A program made the translations under genes and the position numbers. Below are positions 19,581-30,282 of a stretch of DNA of 64,000 nucleotides, piece after piece (the first letter of the stretch is position 1; each line of letters opens with the position of its first letter). The stretch comes from Leptolyngbyaceae cyanobacterium (GTDB lineage Bacteria; Cyanobacteriota; Cyanobacteriia; Phormidesmidales; Phormidesmidaceae): NCBI GenBank assembly GCA_965263355.1, contig CBDHHL010000056.1, positions 768,001-832,000 on the forward strand. Direction: 5' to 3'. The notes under the pieces were generated by a model. The model did no database searches and was not told where the DNA came from. It saw only the letters and a program-made list of their open reading frames with translations.

Positions 19581-21215
19581 GTGGTTGATCAGGTAAATGA
19601 ATCCTTACGGTCGGACGCCGATTTGACGAAACGTGCTAACTGGCCAGATGAAGTGTGGCTGCTACTGGCGACTGGGCTATTGTACCTGTGGCGCTTAGGT
19701 GGACTACCTCTGCACGATTGGGATGAGGGCACCATTGCAGCTGTGGCACGGGGGATGGTGACCAGTGGTGATTGGATTTACCCCACTCTACATGGCGGGC
19801 CTTATTTGAATAAACCGCCCCTGGTGGAATGGTTGATAGCGACAGGTTACTTGGGCGGAATTTCTGAGTGGACCTCGCGGTTGCTGCCGGCTGTGGTCAG
19901 TGCCCTGGCAGTGCCGCTGCTTTACTGGCTTGGTCGGGAGGTGTTTGACACTAGGCGACCAGCACTGTTGTCAGCAGGTGTGTTTTTAACGCTTTTACCA
20001 GTGGTGCGTCATGGTCGGTTGGCTATGCGAGATGGTGTGGCGATTACCTTGTTTTTGTTGTTATTGCTGTGTGGTTTGAAGGCCAGGAAACACCCAGGCT
20101 ATGCCCTAGGAGTGGGGATTTGCTTGGGGTTGATTACGTTGACAAAAGGGATTTTAGTGATTTTGCTGGGGACCATTGCTCTGGTGTTTTTTGCCGTGCA
20201 AGGGTTAAACAGTCAGGCGTTGCCCGGTCAGAATTTGTTTCGTAATCCATATTTATGGTTAGGAATTGGTTTGGGGAGTCTGCCAGTGGTGCTTTGGTAC
20301 GGGGCTCAGCTCCTGCGCTATGGCGATGTTTATTGGCAGGGGCACTTTGTGGCTCAGTCCTTTGAGCGGGTGACATCGGCGATTGAAGATCACCAGCAGC
20401 CTGTTTGGTATTACTGGCTGGAGCTATTGAAATATAGTTGGCCCTGGTTGATGTTTTGGCCCGGTGGTGTTCTCCTGGCCTGGCGACAGCGCGATCGCAC
20501 CTGGTCCCAGTTAGTGCTGGTGGGGACTGTCATCTATCTAGGGGCGATTTCTTTAATGGGCACTAAGCTGCCTTGGTACATCATGCCGCTATATCCCGTT
20601 GTGGCCTTGGCCATTGGTAGCTATTTACACCATCGTTGGCAACAGCCGCCGCGTTGGGCTGTGGGGTGGTTAGGGTTAATTGCGATCGCAGCACTGATCG
20701 GCGGTCCTTACTTAGGGATAGACGACCAGCAACCCACCCTGATTGCCATCGGCATTGTTCTAGGTCTCAGTGCTGGTTGGGCCGCATGGCAGCTATCACA
20801 ACAACGACGACGCTGGAGTCTAACTTTAATGGCAGGGGTTTATCTAACGCTGCTACTGTTGATGGGCTCTGATTTTTGGCTCTGGGAGTTAAATGAAGCC
20901 TATGCAGTGAAACCGGTTGCCGCCATGGTTAATCGGCATGTTCCATCCGAAGCTGAGGTGGTGACCACCTTTAGCTATGGGCGACCCAGTCTGAATTTTT
21001 ATTGCGATCGCAATATCCCTGTCCTTACTGGTCAGTCACTCTTAAAGCGCTGGTCAACTAGTCCCTATGTGTTGGTAGACCCCTATCATTTAGCCACACT
21101 GCCAACCCATCGCGAAATTGCCCGTGTTGATGAAATGGTACTAATTCAGGCAATTATTCCGCAAAACATGGGTGCATCTAACATGGGTGCCTCTAATGTG
21201 GGTACCTCCAATTAA
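19581..21215 (+). CDS. ArnT/PMT_2 family (GT-C) glycosyltransferase
   Basis: DWDEG..A.VAR.M, PYLNKPPL, LTKG, KLPWYIMP.YP. Confidence 0.88.
   Translation: MVDQVNESLRSDADLTKRANWPDEVWLLLATGLLYLWRLGGLPLHDWDEGTIAAVARGMVTSGDWIYPTLHGGPYLNKPPLVEWLIATGYLGGISEWTSRLLPAVVSALAVPLLYWLGREVFDTRRPALLSAGVFLTLLPVVRHGRLAMRDGVAITLFLLLLLCGLKARKHPGYALGVGICLGLITLTKGILVILLGTIALVFFAVQGLNSQALPGQNLFRNPYLWLGIGLGSLPVVLWYGAQLLRYGDVYWQGHFVAQSFERVTSAIEDHQQPVWYYWLELLKYSWPWLMFWPGGVLLAWRQRDRTWSQLVLVGTVIYLGAISLMGTKLPWYIMPLYPVVALAIGSYLHHRWQQPPRWAVGWLGLIAIAALIGGPYLGIDDQQPTLIAIGIVLGLSAGWAAWQLSQQRRRWSLTLMAGVYLTLLLLMGSDFWLWELNEAYAVKPVAAMVNRHVPSEAEVVTTFSYGRPSLNFYCDRNIPVLTGQSLLKRWSTSPYVLVDPYHLATLPTHREIARVDEMVLIQAIIPQNMGASNMGASNVGTSN
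21165..21209 (+). repeat. 15-bp tandem repeat x3 encoding NMGAS/NMGAS/NVGTS
   Basis: aacatgggtgcatct aacatgggtgcctct aatgtgggtacctcc at the 3' end of the ArnT-like gene. Confidence 0.8.
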
Positions 21216-21361
21216 GAAAACCTGACTAGGTGATGCTAAACGACACAACTGAACCAAGAGACGTTGCTATGATCATGTAGGTACAAAAATATGAGTAGGC
21301 AATAAATAGTTGACGTCCAGACATCAGTAATGCATTACTCCATTAGCTAGAGGTTTCTCCA

Positions 21362-21616
21362 TTGGCTGACGACCTTCAAAGGCAAAAAGACGATTTCATC
21401 ATGCCTCATGCTCCCTATCATGGGGAGTTTACTCCTGAGAAAATGGTATTCAATGCTAATTTGCAGGAGTTTGCTAACAAAGTGTCACTGATTTGCAACC
21501 TGGAAACAGGGGGCAAAATTACGTCTGAAGAGGCGTACCACCGAATCAAACAGCTTTGGAAAGAACTAAAGGCATCAAAGAAAGCTTTATTGGATGCAGC
21601 AGAGGAGCAGGGGTAA
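21362..21616 (+). CDS. Conserved small cyanobacterial hypothetical protein
   Basis: Y.GEFTPE..VFNANLQEFA.KVS.IC.LETGGKI...EAY..IK.LW motif. Confidence 0.8.
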   Translation: MADDLQRQKDDFIMPHAPYHGEFTPEKMVFNANLQEFANKVSLICNLETGGKITSEEAYHRIKQLWKELKASKKALLDAAEEQG

Positions 21617-21635
21617 GCATCCTAAGCGGTATTAA

Positions 21636-22751
21636 CTAGTCCCTGAAATACGCCTGCACTGCTTTGACGATGCGCTCCGATGCTTTGCCATCTCCAAAGG
21701 GGTTAATGGCTCGGGCCATGGCTTCGTAAGCAGTTGGATCACTCAACAGCTTGGTCGCCTCATTAGTAATTGCCGCTGGGTCTGTCCCCACTAGCTTGGC
21801 CGTACCTGCTTCCACTGCTTCAGGACGCTCTGTGGTTTCCCGCAAAACTAGCACCGGTTTGCCCAGCCCAGGGGCTTCTTCCTGGAGACCGCCGGAATCG
21901 GTAAGCAGCAAATAGCAGCGCTGCATGGCCCCCACTAGCTGACCATAGTCGAGGGGCTCTACTAAAAAGGTGCGAGGATGGGACTCTAAAGCAGCTTTCA
22001 AGGGGTCTCTTACCGTGGGGTTCCGGTGCAGGGGCAACAGCAACGCCACATCCTCAAATTTGTCTAATATTTGCAAAAATCCCTGGGCAATATTTTGCAG
22101 CGGTTCTCCCCAGTTCTCCCGACGATGCACCGTCGATAGAACCACTCGCTGGGTGTTCCAATCTAGGCCAGGTACCTCACAGGCTGGTGCTTGAGAGGCC
22201 ACGGTTTGGAGGGCATCGATCACCGTATTGCCTGTTTTTACAACTGTCCCGCTCACCCCTGATGCGGCCAAGTTGGCCAATGACTTATCCGTGGGCGGAA
22301 AATGCAGTGTTGTAATCTGAGACACTAATCGCCGATTAGCTTCTTCAGGAAAGGGATTCAAAAGATTGTCAGTGCGCAGGCCAGCTTCCACATGGCCCAC
22401 CGGAATCTTTTGATAAAAGGCGGCCAGGGCAGCGGCAAATGCTGTCGTTGTATCTCCCTGGACCAATACAACATGGGGTTTCAGTTCGCTAAATAGGGTC
22501 TGTAACCCCTGTAAACTACGACAGGTAATGTCCGAAAGGGTTTGCTTTGGCTGCATGATATTTAGGTCTCGATCTGCCTGGATTTCAAACAGCTGCATCA
22601 CCTGATCGACCATCTCCCGATGTTGGCCTGTGAGCACGACCTGGGTATCAAACCCTGGTGTTTGCTGAAATTGTTGAATCACTGGGGCCAGCTTGATGGC
22701 TTCAGGACGGGTCCCTAAGGTGATGCAGACGCGAATAGGAGATGGGGTCAT
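21636..22751 (-). CDS. wecB: UDP-N-acetylglucosamine 2-epimerase (non-hydrolysing)
   Basis: GTRPEAIK, TGQHR, VQGDTTT, HVEAGLRT, PEEANR, TDSGGLQEEAP. Confidence 0.95.
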   Translation of the reverse strand: MTPSPIRVCITLGTRPEAIKLAPVIQQFQQTPGFDTQVVLTGQHREMVDQVMQLFEIQADRDLNIMQPKQTLSDITCRSLQGLQTLFSELKPHVVLVQGDTTTAFAAALAAFYQKIPVGHVEAGLRTDNLLNPFPEEANRRLVSQITTLHFPPTDKSLANLAASGVSGTVVKTGNTVIDALQTVASQAPACEVPGLDWNTQRVVLSTVHRRENWGEPLQNIAQGFLQILDKFEDVALLLPLHRNPTVRDPLKAALESHPRTFLVEPLDYGQLVGAMQRCYLLLTDSGGLQEEAPGLGKPVLVLRETTERPEAVEAGTAKLVGTDPAAITNEATKLLSDPTAYEAMARAINPFGDGKASERIVKAVQAYFRD

Positions 22752-22866
22752 AGGGAAAAAATTGCGCTTGGATATGGTTTAAGACCGGACTGGTCCCTAG
22801 TAAAGTCTTCCATAGCAAGGCACACTGTTAGTCTGTTTCGTCTGCTCCACGTTTATTTGCCTTACC

Positions 22867-23337
22867 ATGCCTCAATCCCCTCAATCCATTGTTGTCGATG
22901 CTAAGCACCTTCAGACCTTGGATCTGACGGTTGCCCACAATACCCTAAGTCAAGTTGACTGGAAAACTGAACTCAAGCTCAGTTTTGTCATCGATTATCC
23001 CCGCGACGAGAACGATCCCCGCGAACTATCTGAGATTCCTGAGATCAGGCTATGGTTTATTCGCCTTGATAGCCACTATCCCTGGTTATCGCTGTTTTTA
23101 GATATTGAATCCGGTGAGCTGAGTCGCTATGCAGCGATGTTAGTGCCCCATCAGTTTAGTCCGCTAGATGGTATTCGCTACAACCCAGAGGCCCTGGAGA
23201 TTTTTGTTATGGGTAAAGTTTTTACCATTGCCCAATGGCTCAAGGATAAGCAGATTGATGGCATCGAAAAGCTCAAGCTAATGGTCCGTACGTTGGGGTA
23301 CGAACTCGATGATGGCCTATTTGAGTTACTGCAATAA
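22867..23337 (+). CDS. CRR6 family NdhI maturation factor
   Basis: DPRELSEIPEIRLWFIRLD..YPW...RYAAMLVPHQF. Confidence 0.88.
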   Translation: MPQSPQSIVVDAKHLQTLDLTVAHNTLSQVDWKTELKLSFVIDYPRDENDPRELSEIPEIRLWFIRLDSHYPWLSLFLDIESGELSRYAAMLVPHQFSPLDGIRYNPEALEIFVMGKVFTIAQWLKDKQIDGIEKLKLMVRTLGYELDDGLFELLQ

Positions 23338-23575
23338 ATAATTGGTTTCAAAGGTTTCAAAATACCAATGTCACAATAGAGAACTCTTAAGTTCTTCAGA
23401 TATTTAGCCAATTGCTTCAAAGCCAAGAGTGCGATACAAATCTTACGGATATATGAATAAACCTGTTTTGCATTTAGAACTGTAATTTTTCGACTGTAGA
23501 GTGCAGGTACTTAAGCAAACAGTTTATTGGGCATCTGTAGATCACCTACTTATAGCGAAGAGGAGTAACCCTTTA

Positions 23576-24748
23576 ATGGCAGGGATTTTGGGCACGCTGG
23601 TAAGCTTACTGATATTGCTGGCCCTGATAGTTTGGCTGCTGGTTGAACGGCAATTTCAAGGACGTCCTGGTAACCAGTTAGAGTTGGAATCTGGCAAGTG
23701 GGCAATTACCACCCGAGACCCTCAGCATTACGTCATTGAGGGAGAGCCTTCCCTGGTGAACTGCACCCGAACCCTAGAAATTATGGTGCCGGAAATCTCG
23801 GTTGAGACTCAGTTGTTATCAGGAGCTAGCCTCGATGGAATTACGGTCGAGACCAAACTGGTGTCAGACCATGAGGATTTCCCTGCCAGAGCAGATAATT
23901 ACTGGTTTGCTTACATTGTCAAAACTAATAAATCCACTGGGTTAAAAGTCACCGTTGACATTACAGGCCCTGATCTTTCCAACCTAAAAGCAGTTTGGGT
24001 CAAAATTCACTACCTAACCTACGGGCCTGAAGGTCGTATTCCCAAGCTAGGTAACGTGGTCGTGCCCCTCAAGTATCCTGCCCCCAACGCGCCTCAAAAT
24101 TGGAAATCTACCCCTAAGGCTGAAGTGCTGCCCATTCCCACCCACTTGCTGGGACCATTAGATAACCCTATCGATACGGTGAAGCGCTATGTGGAACCCT
24201 ACGCGAAGCCAGGAGATATCGTCACTATTGGGGAAACCCCTGTGGCGATTATGCAGGGACGGTGGCGGCACCCTAGCAGTGTAAAACCGGGGTGGGTGGC
24301 GAAGCGCATTTGCTATTTCTTTATGCCCACATCGAGTCTGGCGACGGCCTGTGGGATGCAAACCTTGGTGGACCTAGTAGGACCATGGCGGGTGGTGTAT
24401 GCCTTTGCGGTGGGTGCGATCGCAAAGAAATTTCTCGGCAAAGCGGGCATGTTCTATGTGCTAGCAGGTGAACAAGCTCGCTTAATCGACGATGTGACCG
24501 GCACCTTGCCGCCATACGACCAGTTTATTGTGTTAGGGCCAGACAATCCTGAGAAAATTGTTCAAGACATTTACAATGCAACCGGCCTGAAAGCTGCCAT
24601 TGTGGATGTCAATGATTTGAAAGCAGTTAAGATATTAGCAGCCACACCTGGAACTGACTTAGACTTGATCACAAGTGCCTTGCTTGATAATCCGGCTGGC
24701 AACGCCGATGAACAAACCCCTGTGGTCTTGATTCATCCTAAATCCTAG
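23576..24748 (+). CDS. F420-0:gamma-glutamyl ligase-like domain protein with N-terminal TM helix
   Basis: GD.VTIGETPVAIMQGR, IDDVTGT.PPYD, NPAGN..EQTP; GAGGAG RBS before ATG 23576. Confidence 0.75.
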   Translation: MAGILGTLVSLLILLALIVWLLVERQFQGRPGNQLELESGKWAITTRDPQHYVIEGEPSLVNCTRTLEIMVPEISVETQLLSGASLDGITVETKLVSDHEDFPARADNYWFAYIVKTNKSTGLKVTVDITGPDLSNLKAVWVKIHYLTYGPEGRIPKLGNVVVPLKYPAPNAPQNWKSTPKAEVLPIPTHLLGPLDNPIDTVKRYVEPYAKPGDIVTIGETPVAIMQGRWRHPSSVKPGWVAKRICYFFMPTSSLATACGMQTLVDLVGPWRVVYAFAVGAIAKKFLGKAGMFYVLAGEQARLIDDVTGTLPPYDQFIVLGPDNPEKIVQDIYNATGLKAAIVDVNDLKAVKILAATPGTDLDLITSALLDNPAGNADEQTPVVLIHPKS

Positions 24749-24772
24749 GGATTTTGTCCATATTTTGGCTCT

Positions 24773-25945
24773 ATGACACCCGTTAACCCCTCTGAATCCA
24801 TTGCGATTCGCCCCGTACATTTCCGTGACTCAGAAAAGCTGATGCCCGATGGTGTCTCGGAGGTGGTTACCTGTGGCACGTTTACTAAACACCAGCCTTT
24901 ACCAGAGACGGGGCGGTTATTTGGGCAAGCTTCTTGGCAACGCTTCTCCCGTTTGGTAAATCCACTGCAGCCTAAGACCATCACCTTTGCTGCAGAGTGT
25001 AAACACACTATCCATGGTGTGATTCAGGTTTCACCCTTTAATTCCACCCGCATTACCTGGCGCATTGACCAGGTAATGGTGAAATCTGTTGCTGCCCAGG
25101 GGTTAACCCTGAACCTGGACCTGGCCAGCTTGTTACTGCGTCACTGCTTTGAAACCATTGTGGAAGCCCATACCTGGATCAGCGAAGCCAGTATCCACGA
25201 TAAGTTTGGTTTGGCGTTATATCGCCAGAATGGGTTTCAGCCCCTTGCCTATGTTACCTACTGGTCCATAGACGCTGAGCAAATTGCAAGTTTGGCTGAA
25301 AATGAACCAGATTTACCCAATCTGTTACCGGTTAGCAATGCCGATGCCCAGCTTATTTACCAGCTAGAGACGGCGTCAATGCCACCCCAGCTACGCCAGG
25401 TGTTTGACCACCAAATCCAAGACTTTCGTACCCGTTCCATTGCAGGTGTCCGGGCTCAGATACTGCGTTGGTTGGGCCAGTCTGAGTCTGTCTCTGCCTA
25501 TGTGTTTGAACCCCAGCGTAAGGCAGCGATTGGATACTTTAGCTTGCGTCTTTCTCAGGCCTCTGAGCAGCCTAATCGGGCTAAGCTCACGGTGCATCCT
25601 GCCTATACGTGGCTGTATCCAGAGTTGATGGCCCAAATGGCCCAGGTGCTCCAGGGGGCATCCAATCAAACCCTGCAGCTGGCATCGTTAGATTATCAGC
25701 CTGAACGAGAAAGCTATCTGCGGGAAATTGATGCGACGGCAGTGGGCCATACAGTGATGATGTCTCGCTCTGTATGGCACAAGGTGAGAGAATCTAGGGC
25801 GGTTTCCATTGAAGGCTTGCAGGATGTTTTGCAGGGATTGCAGCCTTCTGGTAAGGCGATTCCGAGTCGTTTCTTCTGGGATGCGGCTAGTTCTGGGTTA
25901 AGCCATTCAGCTGGTGATGACTCCCCCAGTGGGACAGCCAGGTAG
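24773..25945 (+). CDS. Tandem GNAT-fold acetyltransferase
   Basis: ALYRQNGFQ GNAT motif; conserved position upstream of ruvX. Confidence 0.75.
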   Translation: MTPVNPSESIAIRPVHFRDSEKLMPDGVSEVVTCGTFTKHQPLPETGRLFGQASWQRFSRLVNPLQPKTITFAAECKHTIHGVIQVSPFNSTRITWRIDQVMVKSVAAQGLTLNLDLASLLLRHCFETIVEAHTWISEASIHDKFGLALYRQNGFQPLAYVTYWSIDAEQIASLAENEPDLPNLLPVSNADAQLIYQLETASMPPQLRQVFDHQIQDFRTRSIAGVRAQILRWLGQSESVSAYVFEPQRKAAIGYFSLRLSQASEQPNRAKLTVHPAYTWLYPELMAQMAQVLQGASNQTLQLASLDYQPERESYLREIDATAVGHTVMMSRSVWHKVRESRAVSIEGLQDVLQGLQPSGKAIPSRFFWDAASSGLSHSAGDDSPSGTAR

Positions 25946-25955
25946 TCCAGTCAAT

Positions 25956-26399
25956 ATGATTTCGGTTCTAGGATTAGATATTGGCAGCAAACGGATTGGG
26001 GTGGCGGGGTGCGATCGCACAGGACTCATTGCTACCGGTCTAACCACCATTGACAATAAATCCTTTGTTTATGTTACGGAACAGCTGAGTCAAATTGTTC
26101 GGGAACGGGAGGTTACCTTACTAGTCGTAGGTTTGCCTTATACCATGGCCGGCGACCTTGGGACCCAAGCTCGTCGGGTGCAAAAGTTTACCAAGCGATT
26201 GGCCCATGCCCTTGGGTTACCCGTTACCTATGTTGATGAACGTCTGACATCAGTAGAAGCGGAACAGCAGCTTCTATCTGAGCGCCGTTCACCTAAAAAA
26301 AATAAAGGCAAAAACAAGGGACTGATTGACCGTCGAGCCGCTACTATCATTTTGCAGCAGTGGCTGGATCGCCCCCGAACAGAAGATCACAATCCTTGA
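25956..26399 (+). CDS. ruvX: YqgF/RuvX pre-16S rRNA nuclease
   Basis: LGLDIGSKRIGVA, VVGLP, DERLTS, ID..AA.IILQ. Confidence 0.93.
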   Translation: MISVLGLDIGSKRIGVAGCDRTGLIATGLTTIDNKSFVYVTEQLSQIVREREVTLLVVGLPYTMAGDLGTQARRVQKFTKRLAHALGLPVTYVDERLTSVEAEQQLLSERRSPKKNKGKNKGLIDRRAATIILQQWLDRPRTEDHNP

Positions 26400-26417
26400 C
26401 TCAATGTCATACAACGC

Positions 26418-26999
26418 ATGCCAAATTTGAATCACAACCCTAATTACAATTCTGATCAGTCCCCCGACTTTCAATCAGGTCAATCCATCGTAACCCTGGC
26501 TGACGACGACGGTCATACCCTGGCTTGTTACGTTGAAAAAGCCATTACCCTTAGTGATTCGGGCCAAGAGTATCTATTGTTATTACCCGTTGCTGCTCCG
26601 ATTGAAATCTTTAGCTGGCAGGATACTGATGATACCTTGGCAGACATTGAAGATGCGGAGATTGATCCGCTGTTTCCTAGTGCCCGGGCTGTTTTAGCGG
26701 AATTGGACTTGACCTTGCAGCGGAGTGCTTATACGCTTACAGCCGTAGGTAATATCCCTGATGCCGATGACGAAAGTTGTTTTGCATTAGAGGTTGATGA
26801 TGATGGGGCAACAGACAACTTTCAGATGCTGGCGCAGTTTTATCACTGTGACCAGCGTTATGTTGCTTGTACTCCCCTAGAACCCCTACTATTCTTTGCC
26901 TATCGGACTGATCGGGATACTGTGTCCTTACTATCGCCTGAAGAGTTTCAGCGTCTGCAGCCCCAAATTGAGGATCAGCTTTTTGAGGGGTTAGATTAA
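26418..26999 (+). CDS. DUF3727 family protein
   Basis: Acidic protein with YLLLLPV..P, ARAVLAE..L.L..SA.TLT; typical position after ruvX. Confidence 0.75.
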   Translation: MPNLNHNPNYNSDQSPDFQSGQSIVTLADDDGHTLACYVEKAITLSDSGQEYLLLLPVAAPIEIFSWQDTDDTLADIEDAEIDPLFPSARAVLAELDLTLQRSAYTLTAVGNIPDADDESCFALEVDDDGATDNFQMLAQFYHCDQRYVACTPLEPLLFFAYRTDRDTVSLLSPEEFQRLQPQIEDQLFEGLD

Positions 27000-27087
27000 G
27001 CCCATCCGCTTAGGTTAAGAAATACATAAAGCGAACCTGCAGTTGAACACGCTAATCAATTCTGAAACTGGTCATCGGCCTGTCTAA

Positions 27088-28152
27088 ATGAACATGGGTT
27101 GTTTAAAGCGAGTATTTTACGTTGGCATTTTTCCGGTTACCTTAGGGGTAGCCGCTTGGCAAGGTTGGTCCTGGTGGAGCTGGGCGACTGGCCCTGTCAT
27201 CACTAGCGATCAGGAAAAGTTAGTACAGATTCAGATTCCATCAGGGACGGCAGCTCAGCAAATTGGTCAAGACTTAGAAGCCGCTGGGTTGATTCGGTCC
27301 ACAACGGCTTGGAAAGTCTGGAATCGACTACAGGGATTTACAAACCGTGAAGGGGGCCTGCAGGCTGGGACCTATTCCTTATCACCAACCCAATCGATGT
27401 CGGATATTGCTGACCAAATTTGGACTGGGGATGTGGTGCAAACTAGTTTTACGATTCCAGAGGGCTGGAACCGTAATCAAATGGCTGAAGCGCTGGAGTC
27501 TCAAGGGCTAGTAAGTGCCGATGAATTTCTTCAGTCCACCGAAGAAATTCCCTATGCTGAATTTCCCTGGTTACCTCAAGGATTACCCCATCTAGAGGGG
27601 TTTCTCTATCCAGATACTTACCAGTTACCCAGTGAGCAGATTGATGCCAATGGGGTCGTAGATACAATGCTGTTGCGGTTTGAGCAGGTGGCCCTGCCTG
27701 TTTATCAGCAAACCTCTAGCCCCTATTCACTGCAGGAATGGGTTAACTTAGCCAGCATCGTCGAAAAAGAAGCCGTTGTCCCTGATGAGCGCGATACGAT
27801 TGCTGGTGTGTTTGCCCGACGTCTACGGGAGGACATTAGTCTCGGGTCCGATCCAACGGTGGAATATGGCCTGGGGATAACTCAAACGCCAGAAAATCCA
27901 TTGACCTTGGCCCAGGTAAATACCCCTAACCCTTACAATACTTACCGTAACCTAGGACTTCCCCCCACCCCCATCGCTAGTCCTGGTATTGCTAGTTTAG
28001 AAGCCTCCTTAAATCCGCCGGATACGGAGTTTCTTTACTTTGTTGCCCGCTACGATGGTACCCACGTGTTTAGCCGTTCGCTAGCCGAACATGAGCGCGC
28101 CCAAGGCGAGATTCGCGATCGCATTGATGCCCAGTTGGGGGACGATCTTTAA
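27088..28152 (+). CDS. mltG: Endolytic transglycosylase MltG
   Basis: TIPEGW, LEGFLYPDTY, LASIVEKE, L.SDPTV.Y, PYNTY...GLPPTPIASPG. Confidence 0.95.
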   Translation: MNMGCLKRVFYVGIFPVTLGVAAWQGWSWWSWATGPVITSDQEKLVQIQIPSGTAAQQIGQDLEAAGLIRSTTAWKVWNRLQGFTNREGGLQAGTYSLSPTQSMSDIADQIWTGDVVQTSFTIPEGWNRNQMAEALESQGLVSADEFLQSTEEIPYAEFPWLPQGLPHLEGFLYPDTYQLPSEQIDANGVVDTMLLRFEQVALPVYQQTSSPYSLQEWVNLASIVEKEAVVPDERDTIAGVFARRLREDISLGSDPTVEYGLGITQTPENPLTLAQVNTPNPYNTYRNLGLPPTPIASPGIASLEASLNPPDTEFLYFVARYDGTHVFSRSLAEHERAQGEIRDRIDAQLGDDL

Positions 28153-28198
28153 ACCACATTGTCAATCAGGGTAGGTTAAGCTCTGCCCTTGCCTAACC

Positions 28199-28741
28199 AT
28201 GACGCCTTGGGGCCGACTCCTACAACCTGACCTGGCCTTGCCTGGCTCGATTTTGCAACTGACGCCTGAGCTGATTGCGCAGCACCATCTGAAAGGACTT
28301 ATTCTTGATGTGGACGAAACCCTCGTGCCATTTAAGCAAAGTCAACCCCTAGAAGAGGTATGTCAGTGGCTGCAACAGGTGCAATCGATGGTGACAGTAG
28401 TATTAGTGAGTAATAATCTCAGCCACAGTCGCATTAGCCGGATTGCCAATACCTTAGGCGTTCCGTTCTATACAGGGGCCGGTAAGCCATCCCGCCGTAA
28501 ACTACGTCAAGCGGTAGCCCTTATGCAGCTGCCCCCCCATGAAATCGCTATGGTCGGTGATCGCTTGTTTACCGATGTTTTAGGGGGTAATCGCTTGGGA
28601 CTATTTACAGTTTTAGTTGAGCCCATGGTAGATCCCATGGCAGTGAGTTCGGCAAATTCGCCTAAGCAGTGTTTACGTAATACTGAAATTTGGTTATCCA
28701 AGCGTCTTGGGGTGGTGCTGGCAGCTAGTGACCATCGTTAA
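28199..28741 (+). CDS. YqeG family HAD IIIA phosphatase
   Basis: LDVDETL, VSNN, KP, MVGDRLFTDV. Confidence 0.92.
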   Translation: MTPWGRLLQPDLALPGSILQLTPELIAQHHLKGLILDVDETLVPFKQSQPLEEVCQWLQQVQSMVTVVLVSNNLSHSRISRIANTLGVPFYTGAGKPSRRKLRQAVALMQLPPHEIAMVGDRLFTDVLGGNRLGLFTVLVEPMVDPMAVSSANSPKQCLRNTEIWLSKRLGVVLAASDHR

Positions 28742-28872
28742 GCTGGAACTAAGAATCTAAAAAAAGTATTATGCCCCTCTGATTGTCATGGTTTTATTGC
28801 GAGGATAAAGATATTGAATGGGATCGTTCTTTATAAAGATCCTGATTAATAAACGCGCGCGAATTTTGAGGA

Positions 28873-28906
28873 TGGGGGCAGCTTGAGCTGTACCCCTTCT
28901 TTTTAT
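28873..28906 (+). terminator. Putative intrinsic terminator between yqeG-like gene and proB
   Basis: gggggcagc-ttga-gctgtacccc followed by ttcttttt. Confidence 0.6.
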
Positions 28907-29049
28907 TTAGATCATTTAGATAGAAGCATTTACGTGCGGTGCCATACTGGCTTAACTCGCTATCCTTTACGCTCTATCCGACCTATCCTAAATCTTAGGT
29001 TTGACGGACTACTCGCTCCAATTTCCTCACCAATTTCCTAGGAAGCGCC

Positions 29050-30246
29050 GTGACTGCATTGCCATCTACCCCATCGGAGATATCTAAGGGCTCACAGTTT
29101 CAGACCATTGTGGTCAAGATTGGAACCTCTAGCTTGACGTCAGCTCATAATCAGCTGGCTCTATCGGTAATTGCCCGTTTAGTGGAAACTCTAAGCCAGC
29201 TGCAGTGCCAGGGACATCAGGTGATTTTGGTATCCTCTGGTGCGGTCGGTGTAGGCTGTGCACGGCTGGGGTTAAGTGTGCCACCTAAAGCAATTGAGCA
29301 AAAGCAGGCGGTGGCGGCGGTGGGTCAGGGTCGTTTGATGCGAGTGTACGATGACCTGTTCACGGTATTAGAACAGCCCATTGCCCAGGTTTTATTAACC
29401 CGTAGTGACGTGATGCAACGTTCACGCTATGTGAACAGCTATCGTACCTTTCAGCAGCTGTTTAATTTGAATGTCATTCCCATCGTTAATGAAAATGACA
29501 CGGTGGCTGTGGATGAGCTGAAATTTGGTGATAATGACACGCTTTCAGCCTTGGTGGCTAGCTTAGTGGGAGCGGATTGGTTGTTTTTACTCACCGATGT
29601 GGATCGACTGTATTCTGCAGATCCAAGGGCTAATCCAGATGCTGAACCGATTACTTGGGTACAACATTTGAGTGATTTAGATATTGATGTTGGGGATCGG
29701 GGATCGGCCTGGGGCACCGGGGGGATGATTACTAAACTAGAAGCGGCCCGGATTGCTACAAGTGCCGGTATTCGCATGGCCATTACCAATGGTCAGACCC
29801 CTGAGAACATTCTCAAAATTTTGGCGGGTGAACCCCTGGGTACCCAATTTGCCCCCAAGCCGAATCCTTCCAATGCGCGTAAACGGTGGATTGCCAATGG
29901 GTTGCGCCCCAGTGGATGGCTGTATTTAGACGCCGGGGCCGTACGGGCAATTAGTCAAGACGGTAAGTCGTTGCTGTCTGCTGGCATTGTGGCGATTAAA
30001 GGGGATTTTCAGGCGCAGGATGCGGTGAGATTGTGCGATCGCAATGGCCAAGAAATTGCCCGTGGCCTAGTTAACTATAATCACAATGAACTTCAGCAGA
30101 TTCGTGGACGTCGTTCTAGTGAAATTTCGATGATTTTAGGCTACGACGGTGCCGATACAGTCGTCCACCGAGATAACTTAGTGCTAAATCCTGATGCGAT
30201 AGATTTTGAGATGAAACCTGTGGAAAAGGACAAGCATTCCTATTAG
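29050..30246 (+). CDS. proB: Glutamate 5-kinase
   Basis: [44 protein letters not shown]-terminal PUA domain. Confidence 0.96.
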   Translation: MTALPSTPSEISKGSQFQTIVVKIGTSSLTSAHNQLALSVIARLVETLSQLQCQGHQVILVSSGAVGVGCARLGLSVPPKAIEQKQAVAAVGQGRLMRVYDDLFTVLEQPIAQVLLTRSDVMQRSRYVNSYRTFQQLFNLNVIPIVNENDTVAVDELKFGDNDTLSALVASLVGADWLFLLTDVDRLYSADPRANPDAEPITWVQHLSDLDIDVGDRGSAWGTGGMITKLEAARIATSAGIRMAITNGQTPENILKILAGEPLGTQFAPKPNPSNARKRWIANGLRPSGWLYLDAGAVRAISQDGKSLLSAGIVAIKGDFQAQDAVRLCDRNGQEIARGLVNYNHNELQQIRGRRSSEISMILGYDGADTVVHRDNLVLNPDAIDFEMKPVEKDKHSY

Positions 30247-30282
30247 ATTGCTATACCTATCTATTTTTACTAATTCCTTATT

